This document shows, one piece after another, positions 10,700 through 24,809 of a DNA stretch of 64,000 nt. The DNA comes from an uncultured Actinomycetota bacterium (GTDB taxonomy: Bacteria; Actinomycetota; Actinomycetes; Prado026): positions 822,421 to 886,420 of the forward strand of contig CAVYVA010000004.1 of assembly GCA_963771835.1 (NCBI GenBank). The letters are read 5' to 3'. Below the pieces are notes generated by a model, which was given only the letters and a program-made list of their open reading frames with translations, was not told where the DNA came from and made no database searches. The translations under genes and the position numbers were made by a program. How positions within the stretch are numbered: position 1 is the first letter of the stretch; the number at the start of each line of letters is the position of its first letter.

Positions 10700-11560
10700 A
10701 CCAGGACGACGACGAGCTCGGCACCGAGCTGCCCCCTCTGTCCGACGCCGACGAGGCGTACGTGCGCGACCTGCTGGCGGCGCTGCCGCCGGTCCCGGTC
10801 CCGGCCGACCTGGCGGCCCGGCTGGACGCCGCACTGCGCGCCGACGGCCGAGACCGGCGCACGGAGGCCTGAGACACCACGGTGGCCCGCCGGCACCACG
10901 GTCGTCCCGCTGGACTCCAGGCGCGCTGCCCGGGCCCCGCGCAGCACCCGGATCCTGCAGGTGGCCGCGGTCGGGCTGCTGGTGGTCGCCGGCGGGATCG
11001 GCGTCGTCAAGCTCGCGAACCACGGGAACGGTGGCCAGGCCACGTCGGCAGCCGGTGCGCCGGCCGTGAGCGGGTCGGCCGAACCGGTCCTCACCCACAG
11101 CGGGCACACGTACACCGACGAGACGCTGGTCGCAGACGTCCGCTCGCTGGCGGCCGAGCACCGGCCCGCCGAGGTCTACGGACAGGGCACCACGACCTCC
11201 TCCGCCTCGCCGGCGGCACCGGAGTCCTCCGCGACGGGGCTGCCCGGCCCCACCACGGAACCGTCCGGCGGCAAGACCCCGCTCGCCGACAGCTCGGGCT
11301 CGCTCGCCGTGACCGGAGCAGCCAGGGGTGGTGGCGCTCTGGTGGCGCTGCCTGGCGGCCGTCGAGGAGGGTCTGACCGAGCCGGTCACGCCGCTGGCCA
11401 TGGACCAGGGCACCTACCGCGGCCAGGCCGCGCTCATCGTGGTCGCTGCCCGGTTCGCAGGACCCGAAGACCAGCTTCGACGTGTTCGTGGTCGGCCTGT
11501 CCTGCGGGGCCAGACGCGGACGCGCACCTGCTGCTGTACCAGCTGGTCGAGGCCCACTAG
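10696..11560 (+). pseudogene. Anti-sigma factor partner of the ECF sigma (membrane protein), frame broken several times
   Basis: ATG 10696 is coupled to the sigM stop. There is a TM segment in another frame (ILQVAAVGLLVVAGGIGVV). The C-terminal part is recoverable in two more frames (CLAAVEEGLTEPVTPLAMDQGTYRGQAALIVVA.. and FDVFVVGLSCG..HLLLYQLVEAH). The call rests mainly on synteny. Confidence 0.5.
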
Positions 11561-11710
11561 CCCGGTCCCGCAGCCCCTGGTGGCGGCGCCCGGGCGTCGC
11601 TGTCGTGGGCTGGAATGCCGGGCACCTAGGATCCGTTGAGCAGGCGACACCAGGCACCGCGTCCACGAGCCGTAGAGCCCGGCAGGCGCACAGTTCCAGA
11701 GAGGCGTTCC

Positions 11711-14394
<2,684 letters not shown>

Positions 14395-14399
14395 CCCGG

Positions 14400-15016
14400 T
14401 CAGGTCCGGTTGGCGCCGGCGGGGAACGGCCGCACCGCGCCGCGGATCCGCTCCAGCGCCCCGCCGACGGGGTCCCGCCACGTCACGGCCGTCCGCAGGT
14501 CCAGCCGCAGCCGCGGGTTGCGGGCATGCTCGCGGACGCGGACGAAGCCCACCGACTCCAGGAAGTCCGGCGGGCAGCACGCAGGTCTGCGCGACGGCGC
14601 CGTACGCCTCGATCGCCCGGACCCCGCGCTGGGTCAGGTCCTTCGCGGCCGCCTGCACCAGGACCCGGCCCAGACCCGCTGCCGCGGTGCTCGGGGCACG
14701 ACGTACGCGGCCGTCAGCAGCACGGCGTCCGGGCCGATCGGCGAGGTCGGGAACGCCGCCGCCCGCGGCACGAACGCCGGCGGCGCGTACATCACGTAGC
14801 CGGCCGGCACGTCGTCGACGTAGGCGAGCAGCCCGCACGGGCCCCACGCGGCCGCGGTGCTCGTCCACCCACTCGGCCTTGACGTCGGCCTGGGCGACCG
14901 CGCCGCCCGGTCGGCCGCGCGGCGCCGGGCCCGGCCTCCCAGAAGGCGCAGTCCCGGCACGGCTGCGGCAGGTCGCCGAGCGTCTCCCCGGTGACCGGGA
15001 CGATCCGGCGGCCCAC
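14400..15016 (-). pseudogene. GNAT-family N-acetyltransferase, frameshifted
   Basis: The GTG 15016 fragment reads VGRRIVPVTGETLGDLPQPCRDCAFWE. The middle reads LLAYVDDVPAGYVMYAPPAFVPRAAAFPTSPIGPDAVLLT. The C-terminal part reads GLGRVLVQAAAKDLTQRGVRAIEAYG..FLESVGFVRVREH and ends at the TGA complement 14400-14402. Confidence 0.7.
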
Positions 15017-15234
15017 TAGGGGCTCGCCCCGGGCAGGACCACGCGGTGGTCGGTGGCCGGGACCGGTGCGCGGTAGCCGGAGGTGCCGGTGACGGGCCGC
15101 GGGCGCAGCATCTCGGTCACGAACGCGGCGAGCGCGCCGAGCACGACCCCCGCCACGATCCAGCGGAGGAGCCTCAACGCGCACCTCCGGGTGGCGGCGC
15201 GCCGGTTGGCGCGCACATGCGGCACTCTGGACAC
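15016..15234 (-). CDS. Small single-TM protein, unknown function
   Basis: 72-aa ORF with one clear TM (LLRWIVAGVVLGALAAFVT). Its stop shares one base with the GNAT start (TAGTG). There is no family recognition. Confidence 0.3.
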   Translation of the reverse strand: MSRVPHVRANRRAATRRCALRLLRWIVAGVVLGALAAFVTEMLRPRPVTGTSGYRAPVPATDHRVVLPGASP

Positions 15235-15329
15235 CGGGCGACGGTCTCACTGTATCCGCGGTGGTCGCGGCCGTCGCGCCAGGCGGCGAGCGTGGGTCGG
15301 CCGCGCTGTCTGCGAGGAGGTGCACACCC

Positions 15330-16661
15330 GTGACCGGACCCGAGCCCGCCGCCGGCTCGCGCCTGGACCCGTTCGTCGGCTCGTACGCCGAGCGCTCGCG
15401 CAGCATGGTCGCGTCGGAGATCCGGGCGCTGTTCGCGGTGGCGTCGCGGCCCGAGGTGGTCTCGCTGGCCGGCGGCATGCCCAACCTGTCCGCGCTCCCG
15501 CTCGACGCCGTGGCCGGGACGTTCGGCCGGCTGGTCGCCGAGCACGGCACGCAGGCCCTGCAGTACGGGTCCGGCCAGGGGGACACCGTGCTGCGCGAGC
15601 AGATCGCCGGTCAGCTCATGCCGCTGGTCGGCGTCCGCGCGCACCCGGACGACGTCGTCGTCACCGTCGGCTCGCAGCAGGCGCTCGACCTGGTCACCCG
15701 GGTGCTGTGCGACCCGGGCGACGTGGTGCTCGCCGAGGCGCCGTCGTACGTCGGCGCGCTGTCGGTGTTCGCCGCGTACCAGGCCCGCGTCGTGCACGTT
15801 CCGATGGACGCCGAGGGGCTCGACCCGGAGGCGCTGGCCGGAGCGCTCGACCAGCTGGCCGCCGAGGGCGCGCCGGCCCAAGTTCCTCTACACCGTGCCG
15901 TCGTTCCACAACCCCGCCGGCGTCACGCCAGGCGCCGCCCGGCGGGCCGAGATCCTGGCGCGTGTGCCTCGCGAACGGCGTGCCGGTGCTGGAGGACGAC
16001 CCGTACGCGCTGCTCGGCTTCGACGGGCACGTGCCGCAGGCGCTGCGCGCGCACGACGCCGACGGCGTGGTCTACCTCGGCTCGTTCTCCAAGACGTTCG
16101 CGCCCGGCCTGCGGGTCGGCTGGGCGGTGGCGCCGCACGGCATCCGCGAGAAGCTCGTGCTCGCCGCGGAGGCGTCGGTGCTGTGCCCGCCGGCGATCTG
16201 CCAGATGGCCGTGTCCGCGTACCTGCGCCGAGCACCCGTGGCTGGAGCAGGTCAAGGTGTTCCGCGAGCTGTACCGCGAACGCCGCGACGCGCTGCTCGA
16301 CGCGATGGCCACGCTGCTGCCCGCCGGCACGTCTGGACCGAGCCCGCCGGCGGCTTCTACTCGTGGGTCACGCTGCCCGAGGGCCTGGACGCCGACGGTG
16401 ATGCTGCCGCGCGCCGTCACCGCGCGGGTCGCGTACGTGCCGGGCACCGCGTTCTACGCGGGACCGGCGAAGCCGGCCGGACGGCGCTCGCTGCGGCTGT
16501 CGTACTGCTACCCCGAGCCCGACCGCATCCGCGAGGGCGTGCGCCGGCTGGCCGGGGTCGTCGAGGAGGAGCTGGATCTCGTGCAGACGTTCGGACGTGC
16601 GGTCCCCGGCTCCCGGCACGACGAGTCGACGTCGGACGTCCCCGGCCCGGAGACGGCATGA
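15330..16661 (+). pseudogene. Class I/II PLP-dependent aminotransferase (2-aminoadipate/LysN-like), frameshifted
   Basis: GTG 15330 is in ORF 15261..16661 (SEIRALFAVASRPEVVSLAGGMPN..ALQYGSGQGDTVLREQIA). Other frames give YTVPSFHNPAGVT, VLEDDPYALLGFDG..YLGSFSKTFAPGLRVGWAVAP (the PLP lysine motif SFSK) and RVAYVPGTAFYA. The stop overlaps the ddl start (ATGA). Confidence 0.75.
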
Positions 16662-17636
16662 ACGCGGCCGGACCGTCCGTGGTCGTGCTCGCCGGCGGGC
16701 TCTCGCACGAGCGCGACGTGTCGGTGCGCTCGGGACGCCGGGTCGCCGACGCCCTGCGCGGCAGCGGCTCGACGTCGACGTGCTGGACGTCGACGCCGGC
16801 CTGCTGCCGGCACTCGCGCACCGACGGCCGGCCGTCGTCGTGCCGCTGCTGCACGGCGCGACCGGCGAGGACGGCTCGCTGCGCGACGTCCTCGAGCTGC
16901 TCGCGCTGCCGTACGTCGGGCTCCCGCCCGCGGCCGAGCCGGACGGCGTTCGACAAGCCGGCGGCCAAGGCGGTGGTGGCGTCGGCGGGGGTCGGCGACG
17001 CCGCCGTCGGTCGCGCTGCCGCAGTCGACGTTCCGCGAGCTGGGCGCCACTTCGGTGATGGCCGCGCTGGTCGAGCGGCTGGGGCTGCCGCTGATGGTCA
17101 AGCCGACCAGCGGCGGCTCGTCGCTGGGCGCGGCCGTGGTGCGCACGGCCGACGACCTGCCGGCGGCGATGGTGGGCTGCTTCGCGTACGGCGGCACCGC
17201 GCTGGTCGAGGTCGTTCGTGCCGGGGACCGAGGTCGCCGTGTCGGTCGTCGAGACCGCGGACGGTCCGGTCGCCCTGCCGGCCGTCGAGATCGTCCCGGA
17301 CGGCGGCTTCTACGACTACGCCGCCGGTACACCGCGGGCACGACCGAGTTCTTCGCGCCGGCCCGGCTGGACCCGGAGCCGTGGCCGCGCGCTGCGCCGC
17401 AGACCGCGGTGGCCGCGCACGCGGCGCTCGGGCTGCGCGACCTGTCCCGGACCGACCTCGTCGTCGACGCCGCGGGCCGGATCTGGTTCCTCGAGATCAA
17501 CGTCGCGCCCGGCATGACCGAGACCTCGTTGTTCCCGCAGGCGGTCGCCGCGGCCGGTGCAGGACTTCGGCGACGCTCTGGCACGGGCTCGTCGAGCCGC
17601 GCCGTGCAGCGAGGGGCACCGGCCGGTCAGGACTGA
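16657..17636 (+). pseudogene. ddl: D-alanine--D-alanine ligase, heavily frameshifted
   Basis: ATG 16657 opens with VVVLAGGLSHERDVSVRSGRRVADAL. Further pieces are VVPLLHGATGEDGSLRDVLELLALPYVG, LGLPLMVKPTSGGSSLGAAVV, EVAVSVVE..PAVEIVPDGGFYDY and DLVVDAAGRIWFLEINVAPGMTETSLFPQAV. The C-terminal frame is uncertain. Confidence 0.8.
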
Positions 17637-17666
17637 GCCGGTCAGGACCGAGCCGGTCAGGACTCA
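17622..17666. repeat. 3 x 15-bp tandem repeat GCCGGTCAGGACYSA between the convergent ddl and parB genes
   Basis: The three head-to-tail units are gccggtcaggactga / gccggtcaggaccga / gccggtcaggactca. The ddl stop TGA (17634-17636) ends unit 1. The parB stop (complement of tca 17664-17666) ends unit 3. Confidence 0.9.
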
Positions 17667-18679
17667 GGCGTGCGGTCCGGGTCCAGCAGGCGCGACGATG
17701 CGGTTGAGGTCGTCCAGCGACGCGAAGTCGATGGTGATCCGGCCCCTGGTGCGGCCGAGGTCGACCCGGACCCGGGTCTCGAGGCGGTCCGAGAGCCGGG
17801 CGGCGAGGTCCTGCAAGCCCAGGTGCTATCGCCCGTTTCGGTCGGTTATGGGATAGTTTTGGAGCAGTCGGTGTCGTCACCGAGAGTGACGATCTCCTCG
17901 ACGGCGCGCACGGAGAGTCCCTCGGCGACGATCCGGTGGGCCAGCCGCTCCTGCGCGTCGGCGTCGTCCAGGGCCAGCAGGGCGCGGGCGTGCCCGGCCG
18001 AGAGCACCCCGGCGGCGACCCGGCGCTGGACGCGGGGCGGGCAGCCGCAGCAGCCGCAGCGTGTTGGAGATCTGCGGCCGGGACCGGCCGATCCGGTGCG
18101 CCAGCTCGTCGTGCGAGCAGCCGAAGTCCTTGAGCAGCTGGTCGTAGGCCGCCGCCTCCTCCAGCGGGTTGAGCTGGCTGCGGTGCAGGTTCTCCAGCAG
18201 GGCGTCGCGCAGCAGCGCGTCGTCGGCGTCTCCCGGACGATCGCCGGGATCCGGTCGAGCCCGGCCGTCGCGGGCGGCCCGCCAGCGGCGCTCGCCCATG
18301 ACCAGCTCGTACCGGTCGCCGCCCTGCGGGCGGACGACGATCGGCTGCAGCAGCCCGACCTCGCGGATCGAGTGGACCAGCTCGGCCTGGGCCTCCTCGT
18401 CGAAGACCGCGCGCGGCTGGCGCGGGTTCGGGGTGATCGAGTCGATCGGGATCTCGGCGAAGTGCGCGCCCGGGACCGTCCGCAGGTCCGCCGGACTGCC
18501 GCTGTCCGGCCCCGCGCCCTCGGTCAGGTCGACCGTGCGCCGGTCCGGCATACCCGGCGTCCGGGTCGGCCTGGTCGGCCTCGTCGGCCCGGACGGACAC
18601 GGATCGGACCGGCCGCCTGCGGGGCGGACGGGATCAGCGCGCCCAGCCCTCGGCCCAGGCCACCTCGCCGGACGTTCAC
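17664..18679 (-). pseudogene. parB: Chromosome partitioning protein ParB, frameshifted
   Basis: GTG 18679 is coupled to the parA stop ([17 protein letters not shown]). The ParB box region reads [55 protein letters not shown]. The HTH reads [26 protein letters not shown]. The C-terminal part reads LSDRLETRVRVDLGRTRGRITIDFASLDDLNRI. Confidence 0.9.
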
Positions 18680-19590
18680 GTTCGCTCCTCTGCGTCGGCC
18701 AGCTCTACCGGGTCCTGCCGGGCGAGCTCGCGGGCCGCCTCCAGGTAGGACAGCGCCCCGCTCGACCCCGGGTCGTACGTCATGACGGTCTGACCGTAGC
18801 TGGGCGCCTCGCTGACCCGGACGGAACGCGGCACCACGGTCTTGAGCACGCGCTCGCCGAAGTGCGCGCCGGACCTCGTCGGCGACCTGGGCGGCCAGCC
18901 GGGTCCGCGCGTCGTACATGGTCAGCAGGATCGTGGAGACGTGCAGGCCGGGGTTGAGGTGGGCCCGGACCAGGTCGACGTTGCGCACCAGCTGGCCCAG
19001 GCCCTCCAGCGCGTAGTACTCGCACTGGATCGGGATGAACACCTCGTCGGCGGCGACCATGGCGTTGACGGTGAGCAGGCCCAGCGACGGCGGGCAGTCG
19101 ATGAAGACGTAGTCGAACCGGCCCTGCGGCCCCGTGTAGGCGTCCAGGGCCCGCCGCAGCCGGGACTCGCGGGCGACCAGCGAGACCAGCTCGATCTCGG
19201 CGCCGGCCAGGTCGATCGTCGCCGGCGCCCCGAACAGGCCGGGGATGCCGTCGACCGGGCTGGACCACCTCCGCCAGCGGCAGGCCCGTCGACCAGGACC
19301 TCGTAGATGCTCGGGCGTCCCGGCGGCGTGCGGCAGCCCGAGCGCGGTCGACGCGTTGCCCTGCGGGTCCAGGTCGAGCACGAGGACCCGCAGCCCGTGC
19401 AGGGCGAGCGCGGCGGCGATGTTCACCGTGGACGTCGTCTTGCCGACGCCGCCCTTCTGGTTCGCCACCGTGAGGACCCGGGTGGCGGGCGGTGCCGGCA
19501 GGTCACCGGCGCGGCCGGCCCTGACCTGGACGGCGGTCTGCGCCGCGTGCGGCGATCGGGGTGTCGAACCCGTCGTTCGGAGGCTCGGTT

Positions 19591-19603
<13 letters not shown>
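18676..19603 (-). pseudogene. parA: Chromosome partitioning ATPase ParA/Soj, frameshifted
   Basis: It carries the deviant Walker A (VLTVANQKGGVGKTTSTVNIAAALA) and DYVFIDCPPSLGLLTVNAMVAADEVFIPIQCEYYALEGL. The C-terminal part lies in another frame (HFGERVLKTVVPRSVRVSEAPSYGQTVMTYDP). The start codon lies inside a parS site (MFHVK). Confidence 0.9.
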
Positions 19604-20387
<784 letters not shown>

Positions 20388-20963
20388 TCACGCCGGCCGG
20401 ACGACGACGTAGCGCATCGGCTCGACGCCCTCGGACTCGCTCACCAGCCCGGCCGCGGCGACGGCGTCGTGGACGATCTTGCGCTCGAACGGGGTCATCG
20501 GCTTCAGCGAGAGCGGCTCGCCGCTGGTCTTCACCGTCTCGGCGGCCTCGGTCCCGAGCTCGGTCAGCTCCTCGCGGAGCCGGGCCCGGTGCCCGCCGAT
20601 GTCCAGCATCAGCCGGCTCCGCTCGCCGGTCTCGCGCAGCACCGCCAGCCGGGTGAGCTCCTGCAGGGCGTCCAGCACCTCGCCGTCGCGACCGACCAGC
20701 TGGCCCAGGTCCGCGCCGACGATGGACACGATGGCCCGGTCGTTCTCGACGTCCATGTCGATGTCGCCGTCGAGGTCGGCGATGTCGAGCAGGCCCTCGA
20801 GGTAGTCGGCGGCGATGTCGCCCTCCTCGACCAGCCGCTCCCGGTCGCTGCGCGCCGCAGTGCCTCCCTCGACGGCGGGCACCGTGTCGCCGGCCGTCGC
20901 TTCGTCCACCTGTGCGCCGTCAACCGGGGTCTCGACCGCGGTCTGCTCGTTGAGGTCGCTCAC
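20388..20963 (-). CDS. khpB: Jag/KhpB-type KH + R3H RNA-binding protein
   Basis: GTG 20963 is in frame with the tail of ORF 20388..22046. The translation reads [54 protein letters not shown] and ends with the R3H end [16 protein letters not shown]. It sits downstream of yidC. Confidence 0.85.
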   Translation of the reverse strand: MSDLNEQTAVETPVDGAQVDEATAGDTVPAVEGGTAARSDRERLVEEGDIAADYLEGLLDIADLDGDIDMDVENDRAIVSIVGADLGQLVGRDGEVLDALQELTRLAVLRETGERSRLMLDIGGHRARLREELTELGTEAAETVKTSGEPLSLKPMTPFERKIVHDAVAAAGLVSESEGVEPMRYVVVRPA

Positions 20964-22046
20964 GTACGTCTCCGGATCTGGTGGGTCATGGTGCGGGGCT
21001 TCGGCGGTTCGGGATCGGGGTCCGGTCCCGGGACGGTCAGGCCTGCGGTTCGACGGCCTCGCTGCCCGGGTCGGGCCCGCCGCCCGTCGTGTCCGTGGGA
21101 TCGGCGGACTTCCGCGGCGGTGGGGCTCCGCGACCGTTGCGCCCGTGGCGCGCGTTTGGGCTGCACGCCGCTGGCCCTTGGGCGCCTCCTCGGTCTGCAC
21201 CACGGTGGTGCCGGACGCCTCGGCCTCGCGCGGCGGCCTTGGCGGCGGCCTTCTCGGCCCGCCGGCGCTTCGGCAGGGCGAGGTCCGCCTCGCTGCCCGG
21301 CGTCGGGTTGCGCCGGATGACGATAGAACTGCTGGCCCATCGTCCACAGGTTCGTGGTGAGCCAGTAGATGAGCACACCGATCGGGAAGTTGATGCCGAA
21401 GACGGCGAACATCAGCGGGAAGACGTACAGCAGGATCTTCTGCTGCTGCATCATCGGGCTCTGCTGGCCCAGCGGCTGGTTCTTCACCATCAGCTGGCGC
21501 TGGGTGATGAACGTCGTCGCCGTCATCAGCAGGATCATGACCGCGGCGACGATCTTGGTGTTGACGTCCGTGCTGCTGCGGAACGACTCGTAGATCGGCG
21601 CGCCGAAGATCGTCGCCGAGTGGGCCGACGCGACCGTCACCGGGTCGGTGATGACGCCGACGGTCTTGCCCTGGGCGATGTACGACAGCACGTGGTACAG
21701 CGCGAAGAAGAACGGCGACTGGACCAGGATCGGCAGGCAGCTGGAGAGCGGGTTCGTCCCCGTCTCCTTGTAGAGCTTCATCAGCTCTTCCTGCTGCTTC
21801 TGCCTTGTCGTTCTTGTACTTGGTCTGGATCGCCTTCATCTGCGGCTGCAGCGCCTGCAGCCCGCGCTGCGCCTTGATCTGCTTGACGAACAGCGGGATC
21901 AGGCAGATCCGGATGACCACCACGAGCATCACGATGGACAGACCCCACGCTGCACCGCTGCTCGGGGCGAAGAACAGCGACCAGAACGTGTGGAACTTCA
22001 GCAGCACCCAGGAGACCGCGTTGTAGAGCGGGTCGAGCACGCCCAC
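20960..22046 (-). pseudogene. yidC: Membrane protein insertase YidC, frameshifted
   Basis: The N-terminal part reads [65 protein letters not shown]. The second frame reads [56 protein letters not shown]. The basic tail is broken again. The terminal TGA overlaps the jag GTG. Confidence 0.85.
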
Positions 22047-22047
22047 G

Positions 22048-22371
22048 TCAGGCTCCTTGCCACGGGGTCGAGGGGGTCGAGGCTTCGGCCGGCCGCACGG
22101 GCGGGACGTGGTCGACGCCGCCGGGCGTCCACGGGTGGCAGCGGCCGAGCCGACGCAGCGCCAGCCAGCCGCCGCGCAGCAGGCCGTGCCGCTGGATCGC
22201 GACCAGGGCGTACTGCGAGCAGGACGGGTAGTAGCGGCAGGACGACGCCGTCCACGGCGAGATCACGCGCTGGTAGAAGCGGATCAGCAGGAGGAACGGC
22301 GCCCGAGCGGCGCGGCGCGCCCACCCCGCCGGGACCGGCAGTCTCGGGCTCAGGTCGAGGGTGTGGTTCAT
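22048..22371 (-). CDS. yidD: Membrane protein insertion efficiency factor YidD
   Basis: ATG 22371 overlaps the rnpA stop (ATGA). The conserved core is present ([53 protein letters not shown]). Confidence 0.85.
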   Translation of the reverse strand: MNHTLDLSPRLPVPAGWARRAARAPFLLLIRFYQRVISPWTASSCRYYPSCSQYALVAIQRHGLLRGGWLALRRLGRCHPWTPGGVDHVPPVRPAEASTPSTPWQGA

Positions 22372-22742
22372 GGTGCGCCGACAGCCGGGGTCAACAGCCG
22401 GTCGAGACATGCGTCGAGGTCGGCGCCGAGCCGGCCGATGTCGGCGCTGGCAGCAGCGGGCAGGGCCCGCACGACGAGGAAGGTCCCGGCCGGGAGCCGG
22501 TCGAGGCGCTCGCGGGCCAGCGCGCGCAACCGTCGGGTCACGGCGTTCCGGGCCACAGCACCTCCCACGGTCTTGCCGACGACGAACCCCACCTTCGGCG
22601 GCAGCGCCACCGTGGTACCGCCGCCGGTCACCCCTGCCGGCTCGAGGTAGGCCACCAGACAACCACGGGTCGAGCGGCGACCGGTCCGCGTCACCCGGAC
22701 GAAGTCCGTCCGGCGGCGCAGGCGGTTCGGCTGGGCGAGCAC
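22368..22742 (-). CDS. rnpA: Ribonuclease P protein component
   Basis: GTG 22742 is in frame with ORF 22368..24710. The translation reads [48 protein letters not shown]. It sits between rpmH and yidD. Confidence 0.85.
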   Translation of the reverse strand: MLAQPNRLRRRTDFVRVTRTGRRSTRGCLVAYLEPAGVTGGGTTVALPPKVGFVVGKTVGGAVARNAVTRRLRALARERLDRLPAGTFLVVRALPAAASADIGRLGADLDACLDRLLTPAVGAP

Positions 22743-22767
22743 GGCACGCTCCGGTTCGAGCGCGGCG

Positions 22768-22906
22768 TCAGGCCGACAGCTCTGAGCGCCCCTTGCGGCG
22801 GCGCGCGGACAGGATCGCCGCGGCCGGCGCGGGTCCGCATGCGCAGCCGGAAGCCGTGGGTCTTCGCCCGGCGGCGGTTGTTCGGCTGGTAGGTGCGCTT
22901 GCTCAC
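22768..22906 (-). pseudogene. rpmH: 50S ribosomal protein L34, one extra base
   Basis: The translation [29 protein letters not shown] is followed, one frame over, by [15 protein letters not shown] and a stop. The start-to-stop span is 139 nt, where 138 are needed. The extra base is in the run near 22818. Confidence 0.9.
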
Positions 22907-23235
22907 GGTGCTGCTCCTGAGGCGAAGGGTGATCCGGTGCTCCACGAACGGAGGCCGGCCACCACCGGACGCCCGCGGCAGATCTTTCGCGGGCACGCGG
23001 CAACGGCCGCCGACACGTCGGCCCGCTAACGGTACGGGGCCCTCCGTGGGCGGTCAAACCGGCCCGCCGGCACGGCACGTCCGCAGCCGAACCGACCACT
23101 CTGCACGGGTCCCGGCCGGGTGTACCGTGCGACACGCCGTACCGCTCGACCGATGGTCGCCCGACCCGCTTGTGCGACTGTCGCGGCTCGGTTAACGTCC
23201 CGCCGCACGTCCGCGCTCCGGGACCATGCACAGCC

Positions 23236-23256
23236 TGTGGACGACCGTGTGGACGA
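23236..23256. promoter_or_regulatory. Two direct DnaA-box-like 9-mers just upstream of the likely dnaA start
   Basis: TGTGGACGA occurs at 23236-23244 and 23248-23256. It has 1 mismatch to TGTGGACAA, the complement of the actinobacterial TTGTCCACA box. Confidence 0.6.
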
Positions 23257-23288
23257 TCAGTCCAGCCCGACCGAAGGAGCACGCCCGG

Positions 23289-24809
23289 GTGGCCGAGTCG
23301 ACCGACGAACTCGCCACGGCGACCGAGCTCGGGCCGGTCTGGGCGCGCACGCTCGCCGGCCTCGCGGACGGCACGCTCTCCCCCCAGCACCGGGCGTTCC
23401 TGCGCCTGACCCGGCCCGTCGCCCTGGTCGGCGACACCGTGCTGATCGCGGCCCCCAACGACTTCGCCAGGGACGTGATCGAGAACCGGCTCCGGGCCGT
23501 CCTGACCGACGCGCTGTCCGGCGAGCTCGGCTCGGACGTCCAGATCGCGGTCACCGTCGACCCCGGCAGCGCCGACGGCGAGTCCCCGCTGGACGAGCTC
23601 ACCGACGAGGTGGCCGACGGCACCTTCGCCGCCGACCTGGACGCCGCCTCGGCCGGGCCCGGTCTGCACGGCGCGATGCAGCACGTCTCCGCACCAGGCG
23701 GGAACGGCACCGGGGACGGCACCGCGCTGAACCGGCCGGGCTCCGGCCAGCCCGGTGCACGACGCGACGCCGAGCCGAGCCGGCTCAACCCGAAGTACAC
23801 CTTCGACACGTTCGTCATCGGGTCCAGCAACCGGTTCGCCCACGCCGCCGCGGTCGCCGTCGCCGAGGCGCCGGCGAAGGCGTACAACCCGCTGTTCGTC
23901 TACGGCGAGTCCGGCCTGGGCAAGACCCACCTGCTGCACGCGATCGGGCACTACGCGCGGAACCTCTACAGCGGCTCGCGGGTGCGGTACGTCAGCTCGG
24001 AGGAGTTCACCAACGAGTTCATCAACTCGATCCGCGACGACAAGGCCGCGACGTTCCAGCGCCGGTACCGCGAGGTCGACATCCTGCTCGTCGACGACAT
24101 CCAGTTCCTGCAGGGGAAAGTCCAGACGCAGGAAGAGTTCTTCCACACCTTCAACACCCTGCACAACGCGAACAAGCAGATCGTCATCACCTCCGACAAG
24201 CCGCCCAAGCTGCTGGCGGAGTTCGAGGAGCGGATGCGGTCGCGGTTCGAGTGGGGCCTCATCACCGACGTCCAGCCGCCCGACCTCGAGACCCGCATCG
24301 CGATCCTGCGCAAGAAGGCGGCGCAGGAGCGGCTGTCGGCGCCGCCGGAGGTGCTGGAGTACATCGGCAGCAAGATCTCGACGAACATCCGCGAGCTCGA
24401 GGGCGCGCTGATCCGGGTGACGGCGTTCGCGAGCCTGAACCGGCAGCCGGTCGACCTGGCCCTGGCCGAGGTCGTCCTCAAGGACCTGATCACCGACTCG
24501 GCCGGCCCGGAGATCACCTCGGCGACGATCATGGCCCAGACCGCGGCGTACTTCGGCCTGTCGATGGAGGACCTGTGCGGCGCCTCCCGCTCGCGGGTGC
24601 TGGTCACCGCCCGGCAGATCGCCATGTACCTGTGCCGGGAGCTGACCGACCTGTCGCTGCCCAAGATCGGGCAGCAGTTCGGCGGCCGCGACCACACCAC
24701 GGTCATGCACGCCGACCGCAAGATCCGCCAGCTGATGGCCGAGCGGCGCAGCGTCTACAACCAGGTCACCGAGCTCACCAACCGGATCAAGTCCCAGACC
24801 CGGGGCTGA
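23289..24809 (+). CDS. dnaA: Chromosomal replication initiator DnaA
   Basis: Intact ORF 23226..24809, with a likely start at GTG 23289. Walker A is present ([22 protein letters not shown]), as is [24 protein letters not shown]. The C-terminal DNA-binding helix is present ([34 protein letters not shown]). Confidence 0.95.
   Translation: MAESTDELATATELGPVWARTLAGLADGTLSPQHRAFLRLTRPVALVGDTVLIAAPNDFARDVIENRLRAVLTDALSGELGSDVQIAVTVDPGSADGESPLDELTDEVADGTFAADLDAASAGPGLHGAMQHVSAPGGNGTGDGTALNRPGSGQPGARRDAEPSRLNPKYTFDTFVIGSSNRFAHAAAVAVAEAPAKAYNPLFVYGESGLGKTHLLHAIGHYARNLYSGSRVRYVSSEEFTNEFINSIRDDKAATFQRRYREVDILLVDDIQFLQGKVQTQEEFFHTFNTLHNANKQIVITSDKPPKLLAEFEERMRSRFEWGLITDVQPPDLETRIAILRKKAAQERLSAPPEVLEYIGSKISTNIRELEGALIRVTAFASLNRQPVDLALAEVVLKDLITDSAGPEITSATIMAQTAAYFGLSMEDLCGASRSRVLVTARQIAMYLCRELTDLSLPKIGQQFGGRDHTTVMHADRKIRQLMAERRSVYNQVTELTNRIKSQTRG

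Noticed and set aside
17821-17880. A conspicuously AT-richer patch inside parB (ctatcgcccgtttcggtcggttatgggatagttttggagcag) with a short ctatc/gatag symmetry. I considered an insertion, a binding site or a small RNA.
   Set aside because: On the minus strand it reads as the variable ParB linker (…[17 protein letters not shown]…), which joins the HTH domain to the conserved LSDRLETRV dimerisation domain. The two apparent breaks are the same 1-nt frameshifts seen elsewhere. The symmetry is only 5 bp.
21360-22046. The lower-GC segment over yidC, considered as possible foreign DNA.
   Set aside because: It encodes the conserved YidC core. The composition reflects the Phe/Ile/Lys/Met/Asn-rich membrane and loop residues of this protein family, not horizontal transfer. 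The flanking synteny is canonical.
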